From Polyangiaceae bacterium (GTDB lineage: Bacteria; Myxococcota_A; Polyangia; Polyangiales; Polyangiaceae): a stretch of DNA of 64,000 bases. This document shows positions 29,532 to 42,396 of this stretch, one piece after another. The notes under the pieces are model-generated. The model saw only the letters and a list, made by a program, of their open reading frames with translations, searched no databases and was not told where the DNA came from. Position 1 is the stretch's first letter; every line of letters starts with the position of its first letter. The stretch lies in contig JAPSGB010000002.1 in the NCBI GenBank assembly GCA_035063585.1, forward strand, positions 64,001-128,000, read 5' to 3'. Both the position numbers and the translations under genes were made by a program.

Positions 29532-31757
29532 TCACCGCGCCGGCGCGGCCGCCACGGAGCCCACGCTCGGCTGGCCCGGCTCCGGAGCTCGGGCCTCGAG
29601 CGCTTCACGCAGCACCCGGGCGAGCGCGGCCTCGTCGAAGGGTTTCTCGAGCAGGCGCGCGCCCTCGACGAGCGCGCGGCCGGCGAGCGGCCCGTCGATG
29701 TAGCCGGACATGTAGACGACCGCGAGGCGCGGGCGAATCGCCATGAGCCGGCGGGCCACCTCGCGACCGTCGAGGTCAGGGGTCACGAGATCCGTGAGCA
29801 GCCCGTCGATGACGCGAGTCTCGTCGGCCGCGAGGGCAAGCGCCTCCGCGCCGCTCTTCACGCCGAGCACCGTGTAGCCTCGCGCGGTGAGGCTCCGCTC
29901 GACGATCGACAGGAGCCGCGGCTCATCCTCCACCACGAGCACGGTCTCCGAGCCGCCGGCGGCTCGACCCGGCGTCACCGCCTCCGCGGCTGCCTCGGGC
30001 TGGTTCGCCGCTGGGAAGCGCAGGGAGAACGTGCTGCCCTCACCGAGCGCGCTCGAGACGCTGGCCTGTCCGCCCACCTGACGCGTGACGGCCCGCACGA
30101 TGGCGAGCCCGAGACCGGTGCCACGGCCACGCTCCTTGGTCGTGAAGAACGGCTCGAAGACTCGCGCCATCGTCGCCGCGTCCATCCCCTCGCCGTCGTC
30201 GTGCACGCTCAGGCGCACGCCGCCCTCCTCCTCGGCGGTGACGCTGATGGTGACCCTCCCACCGCGCGGCATCGCGTCGCGTGCGTTCACCACCAAGTTC
30301 AGCACCGCTTGCTCGATCTGCCCCGGATCGGCGCTGATCAGCGCTGCCGCGGAAGGACGCTCGGTGCGAAGCTCGATGCTGGCTGGCAAGAGCCGCCGGA
30401 GCATCCGCTCGAGATTCGAGACGAGCTCACCGAGATCGAAGGTCTGGGCTCGCAGAGAGTCGCGTCGGACGAAGCCGAGGAGCTGCCGGGTGAGTGCGGT
30501 CGCGCGGCTCGTCACCTCCTCGATCGCGCTCAGCCCATCGAGGATCTCGGGGTTCCCTGGCGCGCGCTCCCGAATCAGCGCGACGTAGCCGGCGATGACG
30601 CCGAGCAAGTTATTGAAATCATGCGCTACGCCACCTGCGAGTCGGCCGATGGCGTCCATCTTCTGCGCTTGCCGCAGGAGCTCCTCGAGCTGCCGAGTCT
30701 CGGTGACGTCGCGCGAGATCGTCTCCGCGGCGACCAGCCGCCCATCGTCGTCGAACACGCTCACGCCTTGGAGCTCCAGCCACACCGTGTGGCCATCCTT
30801 GTGGCGCCAGCGCAAGGTCAGCGGACGATCGAAGGAGGGAAAGTGCGCCTGCGCCGAGGCGAGCAGCGCCTGGTCGTCCGGGTGGATCATCGTGGTGAAG
30901 AGGCCCGGATCCTGGTAAAATTCCTCCGGAGTGTAGCCGAGGATCGCGGTCACCGACGGGCTGATGAACTCCATTCGCGGCTCCGGCAAGAGCGCGAAGC
31001 GCGAGATGATGTCTCGCGCGTTCTCGGCCAGCAGCCGAAAGCGCTGCTCGCTCCGCTCGAGCTCCGCTGCCACCAGGTGGCGCGAGGTGACATCCATGCT
31101 GGTGCCCACCACGAGCCGAGCGCGGCCGTCGGGGTCGCGGCTCGCTACCGTCGCCCAGGTCTCGAGCCAGGACCAGCCTCCGCTGGCGTTTCGGAATCGG
31201 ATCTCATGGTGGAGCACCTCGCCCTCGACGGCCGTTCGGTAGCGCTCCTCGATGGCTCGGTACGCCTCACGGTCGTCGGGGTGCACGAAGCGCTCGGGCC
31301 ACCCCTGCTCTTCGCGACCGAGCTCGCCACGCGCGTAGCCGAGCCGATCGGCGAGCCTGCGGTTCGTATACACGGTGCGGCCGTCGAGCACGTCGAACGC
31401 GAAGATGGTGGCTGGCGTCGAGCTCGCCAGGCGCGACAGGAAGCCCTCGCGCTCGCCGAGCGTGGCCTCTACGTCCTTCTGCTCGCGCTCGAGCCGAGCG
31501 ATGGCGCGGGTCGTCCGCACGACGAGCGCCGCGGCGAGCCCGAACCCCACCCCGGCGAGCAGCAAGAGGAGCTGATGCGAGCCCGCCCGCGCGGGCTCCC
31601 ACGCGTCCATCGTGACCCAGAGCAGCGCCACCCAGACGAGCCCGATCCCGACGAGCAGCGCGCGCTGCGAAGCCCCTTTGCTCCGGTCGGACAAACCAAG
31701 TCCGTATATATCACCGAACCCGGACCCGCTCGCACCCGACCGACCCGCTGGAATCAT
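29532..31757 (-). CDS. PAS-domain hybrid sensor histidine kinase / response regulator
   Basis: Two TM segments, two PAS domains (HPDD), GVAHDFNNLL, NLVVNARDAM, FFTTK..GTGLGL and a receiver (VVEDE, LLTD, KPF). Confidence 0.92.
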   Translation of the reverse strand: MIPAGRSGASGSGFGDIYGLGLSDRSKGASQRALLVGIGLVWVALLWVTMDAWEPARAGSHQLLLLLAGVGFGLAAALVVRTTRAIARLEREQKDVEATLGEREGFLSRLASSTPATIFAFDVLDGRTVYTNRRLADRLGYARGELGREEQGWPERFVHPDDREAYRAIEERYRTAVEGEVLHHEIRFRNASGGWSWLETWATVASRDPDGRARLVVGTSMDVTSRHLVAAELERSEQRFRLLAENARDIISRFALLPEPRMEFISPSVTAILGYTPEEFYQDPGLFTTMIHPDDQALLASAQAHFPSFDRPLTLRWRHKDGHTVWLELQGVSVFDDDGRLVAAETISRDVTETRQLEELLRQAQKMDAIGRLAGGVAHDFNNLLGVIAGYVALIRERAPGNPEILDGLSAIEEVTSRATALTRQLLGFVRRDSLRAQTFDLGELVSNLERMLRRLLPASIELRTERPSAAALISADPGQIEQAVLNLVVNARDAMPRGGRVTISVTAEEEGGVRLSVHDDGEGMDAATMARVFEPFFTTKERGRGTGLGLAIVRAVTRQVGGQASVSSALGEGSTFSLRFPAANQPEAAAEAVTPGRAAGGSETVLVVEDEPRLLSIVERSLTARGYTVLGVKSGAEALALAADETRVIDGLLTDLVTPDLDGREVARRLMAIRPRLAVVYMSGYIDGPLAGRALVEGARLLEKPFDEAALARVLREALEARAPEPGQPSVGSVAAAPAR

Positions 31758-31840
31758 GCTCGAAGGTAGCAATTCGGCCTGGAGGCCGACCCCCTTCACA
31801 TTGACCGGCGCGCGGCCGCCGGGCGAGAGTCCGGTGCCTC

Positions 31841-31913
31841 GCCCCCGTAGCTCAGTGGATAGAGCAGCGGTTTCCTAAACCGTTGGTCGCAAGTTCGACT
31901 CTTGCCGGGGGCG
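31841..31913 (+). tRNA. tRNA-Arg (anticodon CCT)
   Basis: Acceptor GCCCCCG/CGGGGGC, D arm AGCTCAGTGGATAGAGC, anticodon loop TT-CCT-AA, T loop GTTCGAC. The CCA end is not fully encoded. Confidence 0.95.
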
Positions 31914-31955
31914 CCGGAGCAGCGGCTCGGGTCCCGAGCGCCGCGCGCCCGCCCG

Positions 31956-33179
31956 TCACGCGAGCAGTCCGGGAGCGAGGATGAAGAGCAGCCCGAAGCC
32001 GACCAGGAGCGCGCCGCTCACCCCTTTCAGCACCCGCGCGCCGCGCTCCTCGAGCGCGAAGCGGTGCAAGGTGAGCGCATAGACGACCACGATGACGGCG
32101 AGCGGCACCACGTACGCCACGTTGTAGAGCACGAGGTACCCGTAACGCGCGCCGAGCGTGAGGTCGGTGCGGAGCGCGAGGATCCGGGTGTAGATGGCCG
32201 GCAGCCCGAGCGTGCAGCCGAGCTCGACCAGGTTGACCAGCACGGCGAGCACGCTCACGGCGAGCAGCGCGGCCGGGAGGCTGGCCGCCTCGGCCGCGCC
32301 GCGCATGCGACGGTAAAGCTTTGGCTTTACTTTATCGGGGATGGTGAGAGACACCCCTCGCTTGAACCAGATCAGCTCCTTCAGGTTGACGAGGCCCATG
32401 AGCAGGATGATGGCGCCGAGCCCGATGGTGATGGCGCGTGATAGCCCCATGAGCTGAAAGAGCCCATGCCAGGCGGTCATGAAGAGGAAGTACACGACCC
32501 CCGAGGCGAGCACGAACACGCCACCGAAGAGCAGCAGCCGTCGGCGCGAGCGGATCCGCAGGAGGATCCCGAGCAAGACCAAGAGCACCCACATGGCGCA
32601 CGGGTTGATGCCGTCGACCAGCCCGACCATCAGCGTGAAGGCCGGGAGGCTCATCGCGGTCGGCTCGACCTCGCCGAGGCCGGGCAGCCTGACCCGCTCG
32701 AGGCGCTCGTGCGCGCCACGCTCGGAGGAGCCGGACGCGGCGCCTCGGAGCATCTCGCGGATCCCCGCTTCGGTGACGCCCCGCGCAAACCCGATGTGGT
32801 AGCGCCCCTGGTAGACGAAGAGCGGGATGCCGGGCGCCTCGATGCCGAGCTCGTCGACCACGCGCAGGAACCGCTCGCGTCCCGCGCGGTCGCGCCGCAC
32901 CTCGACGCTCTCGACGGCGAGCCCCGGAAAGTCCTCGGGCAGACCGACGACGAAGGGCTTCGCGTCCTCGCAGCGCGGGCAGCCGACGCCCCAGAAGAAG
33001 GTGAGCGCCGGCTCCTGCTTCGGGGGCGCGGCCCGCCCGGGCGCGCCCGCGGCGGTAGCGTCATCGAACGGAGCGCACGCGCTCTCGCCGCACTCGGGCT
33101 CCGCGAGCGCGAGCCGCGTGAAGGCGAGCAGCGCCACCAACGCGAACAGTGCCGAAAGGACTCGCCCCAGCCCGTGCAT
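31956..33179 (-). CDS. Thioredoxin/glutaredoxin-fold protein fused to a CcdA-like membrane domain
   Basis: FFWGVGCPRC; membrane domain with DGINPCA and ELGCT cysteines. Confidence 0.8.
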   Translation of the reverse strand: MHGLGRVLSALFALVALLAFTRLALAEPECGESACAPFDDATAAGAPGRAAPPKQEPALTFFWGVGCPRCEDAKPFVVGLPEDFPGLAVESVEVRRDRAGRERFLRVVDELGIEAPGIPLFVYQGRYHIGFARGVTEAGIREMLRGAASGSSERGAHERLERVRLPGLGEVEPTAMSLPAFTLMVGLVDGINPCAMWVLLVLLGILLRIRSRRRLLLFGGVFVLASGVVYFLFMTAWHGLFQLMGLSRAITIGLGAIILLMGLVNLKELIWFKRGVSLTIPDKVKPKLYRRMRGAAEAASLPAALLAVSVLAVLVNLVELGCTLGLPAIYTRILALRTDLTLGARYGYLVLYNVAYVVPLAVIVVVYALTLHRFALEERGARVLKGVSGALLVGFGLLFILAPGLLA

Positions 33180-33271
33180 GACGCGGCGCTCAGCAAGCCG
33201 CGTGCCGCGCGGCGTCTCCGAGAAGGCGAAACCTCTGCGGAGCGTCGGCATCGACGCGCGCGATCTGCGCC

Positions 33272-33487
33272 TCAGCCGAAGGCTCGCTGGCCATCGAGCA
33301 GAGCCGCCGTGTCAGGCTCACGGACCCACCGTTCATCGGCGGGGTCGTACGCGCCGCCGCGCCGCGTCGCGCACGCGAGACAGATGGCGCTCTCCTCGCT
33401 GAACCAGTAGGCCTCGCTCGGCATCGGGATGGCATCTCCGCACTCCCAGCACTGGACCACGTCCTCGGCGTCTCGCTCGTCGTTCAT
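33272..33487 (-). CDS. Small CxxC...CxxC (zinc-finger-like) protein
   Basis: CWEC and CLAC; ATGA-coupled to the upstream gene with a GGAGG RBS. Confidence 0.65.
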   Translation of the reverse strand: MNDERDAEDVVQCWECGDAIPMPSEAYWFSEESAICLACATRRGGAYDPADERWVREPDTAALLDGQRAFG

Positions 33488-33861
33488 CGGAGCACCTCCG
33501 GTTCTCGAATGGTCGCGCGCGACTCTGCGCTCTTTGCCTCACCGCGCTGGCGCCGCGCGTGCTCGTCGAGCCGCCGCGTCACCGCGACGAAGGCGTCGCG
33601 CACCGCGGTCTGCACGGGCAGGTGCGCGCGATCGGGCGCGTCCGCGCTCGCCACCAGCTCGGCGCCGGGCAGCGTGACGCTCACGAGCACGCTGTAGGTC
33701 TTTCCCTTGTGGTGGTGGCGATGCGGCGCGGTCACCGCGACCCGCACGCTCGTGAGGCGGTCGTGGAAGCGGGCGAGCTTCTCGACGCTCTCGTGGACCC
33801 TCGCCTCGACGGCCGGCGAGCTCTCCATTTCTTGAAAGGTGATCTGGGTGGGGATGCTCAT
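33484..33861 (-). CDS. HPF/RaiA-family ribosome-associated protein
   Basis: QITFQEMESSPAVEA...KLARF...PHRHHHKG...AVRDAF. Confidence 0.85.
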   Translation of the reverse strand: MSIPTQITFQEMESSPAVEARVHESVEKLARFHDRLTSVRVAVTAPHRHHHKGKTYSVLVSVTLPGAELVASADAPDRAHLPVQTAVRDAFVAVTRRLDEHARRQRGEAKSAESRATIREPEVLR

Positions 33862-33969
33862 GACTTCCGGCGAGCCATGCACCGGGCATGCCAGCGGTGC
33901 ACCGACGCCGAGCACCAGCCGGGCGACCACGAGCGAGGGAGTTGCCGGTGCGGCGCGGCCGGCGGCCGG

Positions 33970-34353
33970 TCAGCGCACCACGACCGCGCTCTTATACATC
34001 CCCATCCCACACTGAAAGGTGAGCTCGCGCGCCGTGTCGGTCGGTATCTGGACGTCTACCGGTTGGTTCAGCGGGAGGTCCTTCTCGAGCGCGAGGTCCG
34101 GAAAGACGACTTTGTTCGCGCAGGTCTCGTCGGTAGTGCGGGTGAAGCGGAGCGTCGCCGCTTTACCCTTCTCGAGCTCCACGCGCGCGGGGCTGAAGCC
34201 ATCGCCGTCGACCTTGACCGAGACCACGCCAGGAGTTGCGGCGGCCGTCCCGCCCGCACCGGACGACTTGTTGCAGGCGACCGCGCCGCCCGCGGCTGCG
34301 ACGGCCAGAATGACGGTGACGGATCGTGCGAACGACTTCCAGTGCGGCGGCAT
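33970..34353 (-). CDS. Cupredoxin-domain lipoprotein
   Basis: Lipobox AVAC; GFSPARV, TCA and FQCGMGM. Confidence 0.85.
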   Translation of the reverse strand: MPPHWKSFARSVTVILAVAAAGGAVACNKSSGAGGTAAATPGVVSVKVDGDGFSPARVELEKGKAATLRFTRTTDETCANKVVFPDLALEKDLPLNQPVDVQIPTDTARELTFQCGMGMYKSAVVVR

Positions 34354-34475
34354 GCCTCGACTATACCCCGAGAAGCGCCCGCGAGTTTCGCGGCCGGCCG
34401 CGCCGATTCCGCGCCGCGCCGACAAAATCATGCGGCGCGCCTGTCTCCGGCGAAAAACGGCGCTATGAGGCGCAA

Positions 34476-37400
34476 ATGCTTCACGCTCTGCGGCAGACGC
34501 CGCTCGCCCTCGGGCTCGCTCTCCTCCTCGGTTCGATCAACGCCTGCTCGTCGGATGATGGCGGCGGCGCGCAGGGCTCCGGCGGCGCCGCTGGCGCGGG
34601 CGGTCAGGGACAGTCCGGCGGCTCGGGCGGCGCGGCGGGCTCGGGCGGCCTCGCGGGCTCGGGCGGCCTCGCGGGCGCGGGCGGCCTCGCGGGCGCCGGC
34701 GGCGCGGCGGGCGCGGGCGGCGGCGCGACCGAGATCGTCTGCGGGACGCTGCCGCCGCTCGCGAGCGGCACCTGCGAGGTCACCGCTGGCTCGGGCACGA
34801 GCACGCTCATCGCGGGCACGGTGCTCACGCCCGCCACCATCTATCGCGGCGGGCAGGTGCTCTATGACGCCGCGGGCAAGATCTCTTGCGTCGGCTGCGA
34901 CTGCGACGCGAGCGCCGCAGACGCGACCCGCATCACGTGTCCCGAGGGCGTCGTCTCGCCCGGGCTCATCAATTCGCACGACCACATCACCTACGCGCAG
35001 AACCCGCCCTACACCGACAGCGGGGAGCGCTACGAGCACCGCAACGACTGGCGCTCCGGGCTGCGCGGGCACACCAAGATCCCCGCGGCGAACGGCGCGT
35101 CCGAGGCGCAGATCCACTGGGGTGAGCTGCGCTTCGTGCTCGGCGGCGCGACCTCCACGGTCGGCTCCGGCTCGGGCAGCGGGCTCCTGCGAAACATCGA
35201 CAAGGCGAACGCCAGCGGGGGCCTGACCGAGCCGGCGGTCATCTACGACACCTTCCCGCTCGGGGCCTCGAACGCGGGCGTCGCGGTCGGCTCGTGCAAC
35301 TACCCGAGCTTCCCGTCAGCGGCGAGCCTGAACTCGAGCAGCGTGTACGCGCCCCACGTCGCCGAGGGCATCGACGCGACCGCGCGCAACGAGTTTCTCT
35401 GCCTGAGCTCCACCGCCAACGGCGGCCGCGACATCCTGGGTCCGAAGACCGCGCTGATGCACGCGATCGCGCTCACCTCGCCCGATCTGGCGCTCATGGC
35501 GCGCGCCGGCGCGTCGATCATTTGGGCGCCGCGCTCGAACGTCACGCTCTACGGTGACACCACCCGGATCCCGGAGGCGGCGCGACTCGGCGTGCCTATC
35601 GCGCTCGGCACCGACTGGATGCCGACCGGCTCGATGAACCTGCTGCGCGAGCTCGCGTGCGCCGACTCGCTGAACTCGACCTACTTCGACCACGCGCTCA
35701 GCGACGAGCACCTCTTCCGCATGGTCACCTCGGACGCCGCGCGGGTGATCGGTCAGAGCGGCGAGCTCGGAGAGCTCGCGGCGGGCAAGCTGGCGGATAT
35801 CACCATCTTCGACGGCTCGACGCACCAGGACTACCGCGCGGTCATCGACGCGGAGCCGAAGGACGTCGCGCTCGTGCTCCGCGGCGGCAAGGTGATCTAC
35901 GGTGACGCGAACGTCATCACGGGGCTCGGCGCGGCGAGCTGCGACGCGCTCGACGTGTGCGGCAACGCGAAGCAGGTGTGCCTGCAGGGTGACATCGGCC
36001 AGAGCTATTCGGCGCTGAAGTCGGCGGCGGGGGCCTCCATCTACCCGGCGTTCTCCTGCGGCACGCCGGCCAACGAGCCGAGCTGCGTCCCGACGCGGCC
36101 GGTGAGCGTGGGCGGTTCCACCGTCTATGACGGCAGCGTCACCTCCGCGGACTCGGACGGCGACGGTATCCCCGACGCGAGCGACGACTGCCCGCGCGTG
36201 TTCAACCCGATCCGTCCCGACGAAAATGGGCAGCTCGACACCGACGCCGACGGCGCGGGAGACGCCTGCGATCCCTGCCCGTTCGACGCCAACACGACCA
36301 CCTGCACATCCCTCGACCCGAACGACAAGGACGGCGACCGCGTCCTCGACGCGACCGACAATTGCCCGCTCGTCTCGAACCCGGATCAGAAGGACAGCGA
36401 CCACGACGGCAAGGGCGACGCCTGCGACGCCTGCCCGAACACTGCCAACCCGGGCAGCGCGGCGTGCCCCGCGACCATCTATGAGGTCAAGGACGGCACG
36501 CTCCCGCTCGGCACCGCGGTCGCGCTCTCGAACGTGCTCGTGACCGCGAGCCACACGGGCGGCTTCTTCGTGCAGGCAAAATCCGGCGACCCGGGCTACG
36601 CCGGCGCCGACTACTCGGGCCTCTACGTCTACGCGCCGGGCAACACGGTGCACGCCGGCGATCGGGTGAACGTCACGAGCGGCACCATCTCGGATTTTCA
36701 CGGCCAGCTCCAGCTGAACCCGGTCACCTTCGCGGTCGCCTCGTCCACCGGCGAAGCCGCGCCGGCGCCGGTGCTCGTGCCGTCGGCGGAGGTCGCGACC
36801 GGCGGCGCGCGCGCGCAGGCGCTCGAGTCGGTGCTGGTGACGGTCGAGGACGCGGAGGTCACCGATGTCGCGCCGCCGCCCGGCGCCGGGGACAGCGCAC
36901 CGACGGGCGAGTTCGAGGTCGATCACGCGCTCCGCGTGAACGACCTCCTCTACGCGAGCGATCCGCTCCCGGCCCTGGGCACGGTGTTCAGCTCGCTCAC
37001 GGGCGTGCTCGATTACCGGAACGGCGACAGCAAGCTCGAGCCGCGGAGCGCAGCGGAGCTGGTCCTCGGCGCGCCCGTGCTCACCCCGCTCACCCCTGGG
37101 AAGACGTTCACGCGCGTGGGCGCCACCAGCGCGCCCACCATCCCGACCGCGCTCGAGGTGCGGCTCACGCGCGCGCCCGCGGCCGACGTCTTCGTCGCGA
37201 TCGTCTCGAGCGACCCGGCGAGCCTCACCGTGGTAGGCGGCGGGGTCACGGTGCCAGCGGGGTCGTCGTCCGCGCAGGTGCTCGTGAACGGGCTCGCGCA
37301 AGCGGCGGATGTGACCCTCACCGCGACGCTCGACGGCAAGACCTTCGATTCGCACGTGCGAGTGGTCGGCACGGGCGAGAAGCCGGCCCTCGAGTCGCTC

Positions 37401-38219
37401 ACTCCGGCAGCCTTCACGGTGGCTCCCAACGGCACCATTACGCTCACCGTGACCGAGAACATCCCCGCCTCGGGGAGCGGCTCGTTCATCACGCTCGCGG
37501 TCTCGGCCCCGGCGCTGGGCTCGCTCCCGCCATCGGTCATCATCCCGGCCGATCAGCTCTCGGCGACGTTCAGCTTCCAGGCCGGCTCGACGGAGATGAC
37601 CGGCACCGTGACCGCGTCGCTCATGGCGGGCGGCTCGGTGACCGCGAACGCCAGCGTGCAGACCGGCCTCGCGCAGCTCGTCATCAACGAGGTCGACTAC
37701 GATCAGCCCGGCACCGACTCGGCCGAGTACGTCGAACTCTACAACGCGAGCGGCGCGCCCATCTCGCTCGTGGGCCACCAACTCTACTTCGTGAACGGCG
37801 TGAACAGCACCACCTACCGGGTGGTCGACCTCGCGCCCGCCGGCACGCTCCCGCCCGGCGGGTATCTGCTGATCGCCTCGACGAGCACCCTGTCGAGCGC
37901 GCCCTCGACCGCCCTGAAGCTCGACCTGGGCGCGGTCTCCGGCTGGCTCCAAAATGGTGACCCCGACGGTCTCGCGCTGGTCGACTCCGGGACCGGCACG
38001 CTGGTCGACGCGCTCTCCTACGGCGGCTCGCTCACCGCGGTGGACCTCGCTCCCATCGGCATGGTGAGCCTCGTCGAGGGCGCCGCTACCAGCGCGAAGG
38101 ACTCGGCGTCGAACGCAGGCTCCCTCTGCCGGCTCCCGAACGGCAAGGACACCGACCAGGCGTCGACCGACTGGAAGTTCTGCACCACCCTGACCCCGGG
38201 CGCAGTGAACCAACTCTAG
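34476..38219 (+). CDS. Multidomain lipoprotein: amidohydrolase + TSP3 repeats + OB-fold-like + lamin-tail domain
   Basis: Lipobox INAC and Gly linker; [14 protein letters not shown] and [19 protein letters not shown] repeats; LVINEVDY...EYVELYN. Confidence 0.85.
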   Translation: MLHALRQTPLALGLALLLGSINACSSDDGGGAQGSGGAAGAGGQGQSGGSGGAAGSGGLAGSGGLAGAGGLAGAGGAAGAGGGATEIVCGTLPPLASGTCEVTAGSGTSTLIAGTVLTPATIYRGGQVLYDAAGKISCVGCDCDASAADATRITCPEGVVSPGLINSHDHITYAQNPPYTDSGERYEHRNDWRSGLRGHTKIPAANGASEAQIHWGELRFVLGGATSTVGSGSGSGLLRNIDKANASGGLTEPAVIYDTFPLGASNAGVAVGSCNYPSFPSAASLNSSSVYAPHVAEGIDATARNEFLCLSSTANGGRDILGPKTALMHAIALTSPDLALMARAGASIIWAPRSNVTLYGDTTRIPEAARLGVPIALGTDWMPTGSMNLLRELACADSLNSTYFDHALSDEHLFRMVTSDAARVIGQSGELGELAAGKLADITIFDGSTHQDYRAVIDAEPKDVALVLRGGKVIYGDANVITGLGAASCDALDVCGNAKQVCLQGDIGQSYSALKSAAGASIYPAFSCGTPANEPSCVPTRPVSVGGSTVYDGSVTSADSDGDGIPDASDDCPRVFNPIRPDENGQLDTDADGAGDACDPCPFDANTTTCTSLDPNDKDGDRVLDATDNCPLVSNPDQKDSDHDGKGDACDACPNTANPGSAACPATIYEVKDGTLPLGTAVALSNVLVTASHTGGFFVQAKSGDPGYAGADYSGLYVYAPGNTVHAGDRVNVTSGTISDFHGQLQLNPVTFAVASSTGEAAPAPVLVPSAEVATGGARAQALESVLVTVEDAEVTDVAPPPGAGDSAPTGEFEVDHALRVNDLLYASDPLPALGTVFSSLTGVLDYRNGDSKLEPRSAAELVLGAPVLTPLTPGKTFTRVGATSAPTIPTALEVRLTRAPAADVFVAIVSSDPASLTVVGGGVTVPAGSSSAQVLVNGLAQAADVTLTATLDGKTFDSHVRVVGTGEKPALESLTPAAFTVAPNGTITLTVTENIPASGSGSFITLAVSAPALGSLPPSVIIPADQLSATFSFQAGSTEMTGTVTASLMAGGSVTANASVQTGLAQLVINEVDYDQPGTDSAEYVELYNASGAPISLVGHQLYFVNGVNSTTYRVVDLAPAGTLPPGGYLLIASTSTLSSAPSTALKLDLGAVSGWLQNGDPDGLALVDSGTGTLVDALSYGGSLTAVDLAPIGMVSLVEGAATSAKDSASNAGSLCRLPNGKDTDQASTDWKFCTTLTPGAVNQL

Positions 38220-38286
38220 CGGCTCCGCCGGGCTCGGGCGCCGGTCCGTCGCGGCCGGCGGCGCGCCACGCCGGCCTCCCCTCCCC

Positions 38287-40620
<2,334 letters not shown>

Positions 40621-40784
40621 GGAGGGACTTCAATCAAACCCAGAGCGATCTGTCGATCCAAGAAAACGACAAAGCGCACTCGCCTGCGGTTGGGGTCCAT
40701 GACCCCCGCCGGCTCGAGCTCATCCTGCGCGCAGCGCCAACCGTCCGAATTTCCTCCATGAACGGGCGGCGCGAGGCCGCTCGG

Positions 40785-42275
40785 CTACGCCGAACGACGA
40801 CGTCGCGCCAAGAGACCGAGGAGGGCGAGCAGCGACAGCGACGCGGCGCCGCCGCGAGCCGGCGCCGCGCCGACCCGGCACCCACACCCCGAGTCATCCT
40901 CGACGCTCGGGCCGCTCGGCTGCGCGGAGCCCACGCCGCCTCCAGCCGCGCCGCCCGCGCCAGCCGAGCCCGTCGCCCCGGCGAGACCGCCGGCGCCTCC
41001 CGAGCCCGGCGCTCCGCCCGCGGCGGGGGCCCCCGCCGAGCCTGCCGAGCCGCCCGAACCGGGCGCGCCCGCCGAGCCCGTGTCGCACGACGTGGGTCCC
41101 TCGTCGAGGACGCGGATCTGCGCCTGGATCTGGTTATCGGGCGGCCCGCCCTGTCCGGGATCTCCGAACCACGCCACCCCTTCCTCGACCAAGCTGAAAT
41201 ACTCGTTGTAGGTGCCCGGCTTCGCCGGCGCGTGAAAGTTGAACTTGAACTCGTAGTTCTCGCCCGGCTTCACCGTGCCGGTCACGCCCGCCGCGCGGCT
41301 CGGGCTGAGCCACGAGGAGTCCGCGAACTCGCTCGCGCGATCGCGCGGCTCGGTGGTCCCGAGCCGCGTGTTCGAGTCCCAGGTCGTGGTCCCGGCGTTC
41401 TTGAGCGTGAGGCTCGCGGGGATCGTCTCGCAGCGCCTCATCTCGAGCGCGGTGGTCGCGAGCGGGAACGACTGGCTCACGTAGGTCGCCTTCCAGATGG
41501 GTCCCACCTCACCTCCGGCGAACTTCTCGAGATCGGCGAGCGAGCCCTTGAACACGTCGCGATCGAAGCCCTCACCGTTGGTGCAGTACTGCTTCTGTCC
41601 GTCGCAGTACTGCCAAATGGTCCAGTCGCTCCAGCCGGCCGGCACCTGCGGGCAGCCGCCGTACGCCGCGATCCAGAGCGGGTACGAGCCGAAGCCGGTG
41701 TCCTTCACCTTGTCCTTCCAGAAGTAGTATCCGGTATAGATGACGGGCCGCTTGCCGGTGCCCGCCTCGACGATGCCGATCCAGGTCCTGATCTTGGCGG
41801 CGATGGTCGCCGGCGACTGTCCCCCGTCGGCCTCGACGTCGATCATCGCGGGCATGTCGCCCGGGCCGAGCTTGCCCACCTTCTGCACCATCAGGTTGGC
41901 CTGCGCGGTCGCATCCTGGTTGGGGCGGAAGAACTGATATGCGCCGCGCAAGACGCCGGCGCTCTTCATCGCGCTCCAGTTGTACTCGAACACCGGATCG
42001 ATGAAGCCGGTCCCGTCGCTGATGCGCGCATAGCCGAACTTGAGCCCGCGCCCCGTCCACACGAACTCGTCCTGGTAATAGGAGACGTCCGCGCCTTGCG
42101 GTCCTCCGTTCAAGTAGTCGAACGACGCGCACGCGCCCTCGCTCGCCTGCCCGACGTCCTCGTAGCCGGCGTGCGCCGCCTCGCCGTGGTACTCACCGCA
42201 CCCGGCGACTCCCACCACCAGCGCGGCTCCACCCGCCACCACGCCGCGCCTCGACCATCGACCTACCGTTGCCAT
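40785..42275 (-). CDS. GH25 lysozyme/muramidase with Ig-like domain and MYXO-CTERM anchor
   Basis: DVSYYQ, GAYQFF, IDVE, IYT, LWIAAY and WQY; C-terminal GCGCRV-TM-RRRR. Confidence 0.88.
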   Translation of the reverse strand: MATVGRWSRRGVVAGGAALVVGVAGCGEYHGEAAHAGYEDVGQASEGACASFDYLNGGPQGADVSYYQDEFVWTGRGLKFGYARISDGTGFIDPVFEYNWSAMKSAGVLRGAYQFFRPNQDATAQANLMVQKVGKLGPGDMPAMIDVEADGGQSPATIAAKIRTWIGIVEAGTGKRPVIYTGYYFWKDKVKDTGFGSYPLWIAAYGGCPQVPAGWSDWTIWQYCDGQKQYCTNGEGFDRDVFKGSLADLEKFAGGEVGPIWKATYVSQSFPLATTALEMRRCETIPASLTLKNAGTTTWDSNTRLGTTEPRDRASEFADSSWLSPSRAAGVTGTVKPGENYEFKFNFHAPAKPGTYNEYFSLVEEGVAWFGDPGQGGPPDNQIQAQIRVLDEGPTSCDTGSAGAPGSGGSAGSAGAPAAGGAPGSGGAGGLAGATGSAGAGGAAGGGVGSAQPSGPSVEDDSGCGCRVGAAPARGGAASLSLLALLGLLARRRRSA

Positions 42276-42396
42276 TGGTCGATGATAAACCATCAGGATC
42301 GGCCCGGAACGCTCCGCGTGAGGGTTCTCGTCCAGCGGAAGTGGATTTTGTCGGCCCGGCGCGGAATCTCGAGGGTCGAGAGCGCGCGCGGCCTGA

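Noticed and set aside
31841..31960. Prophage or genomic island integrated at tRNA-Arg
   Set aside because: No integrase nearby, no duplicate of the tRNA 3' end noticed, and no obvious compositional shift.
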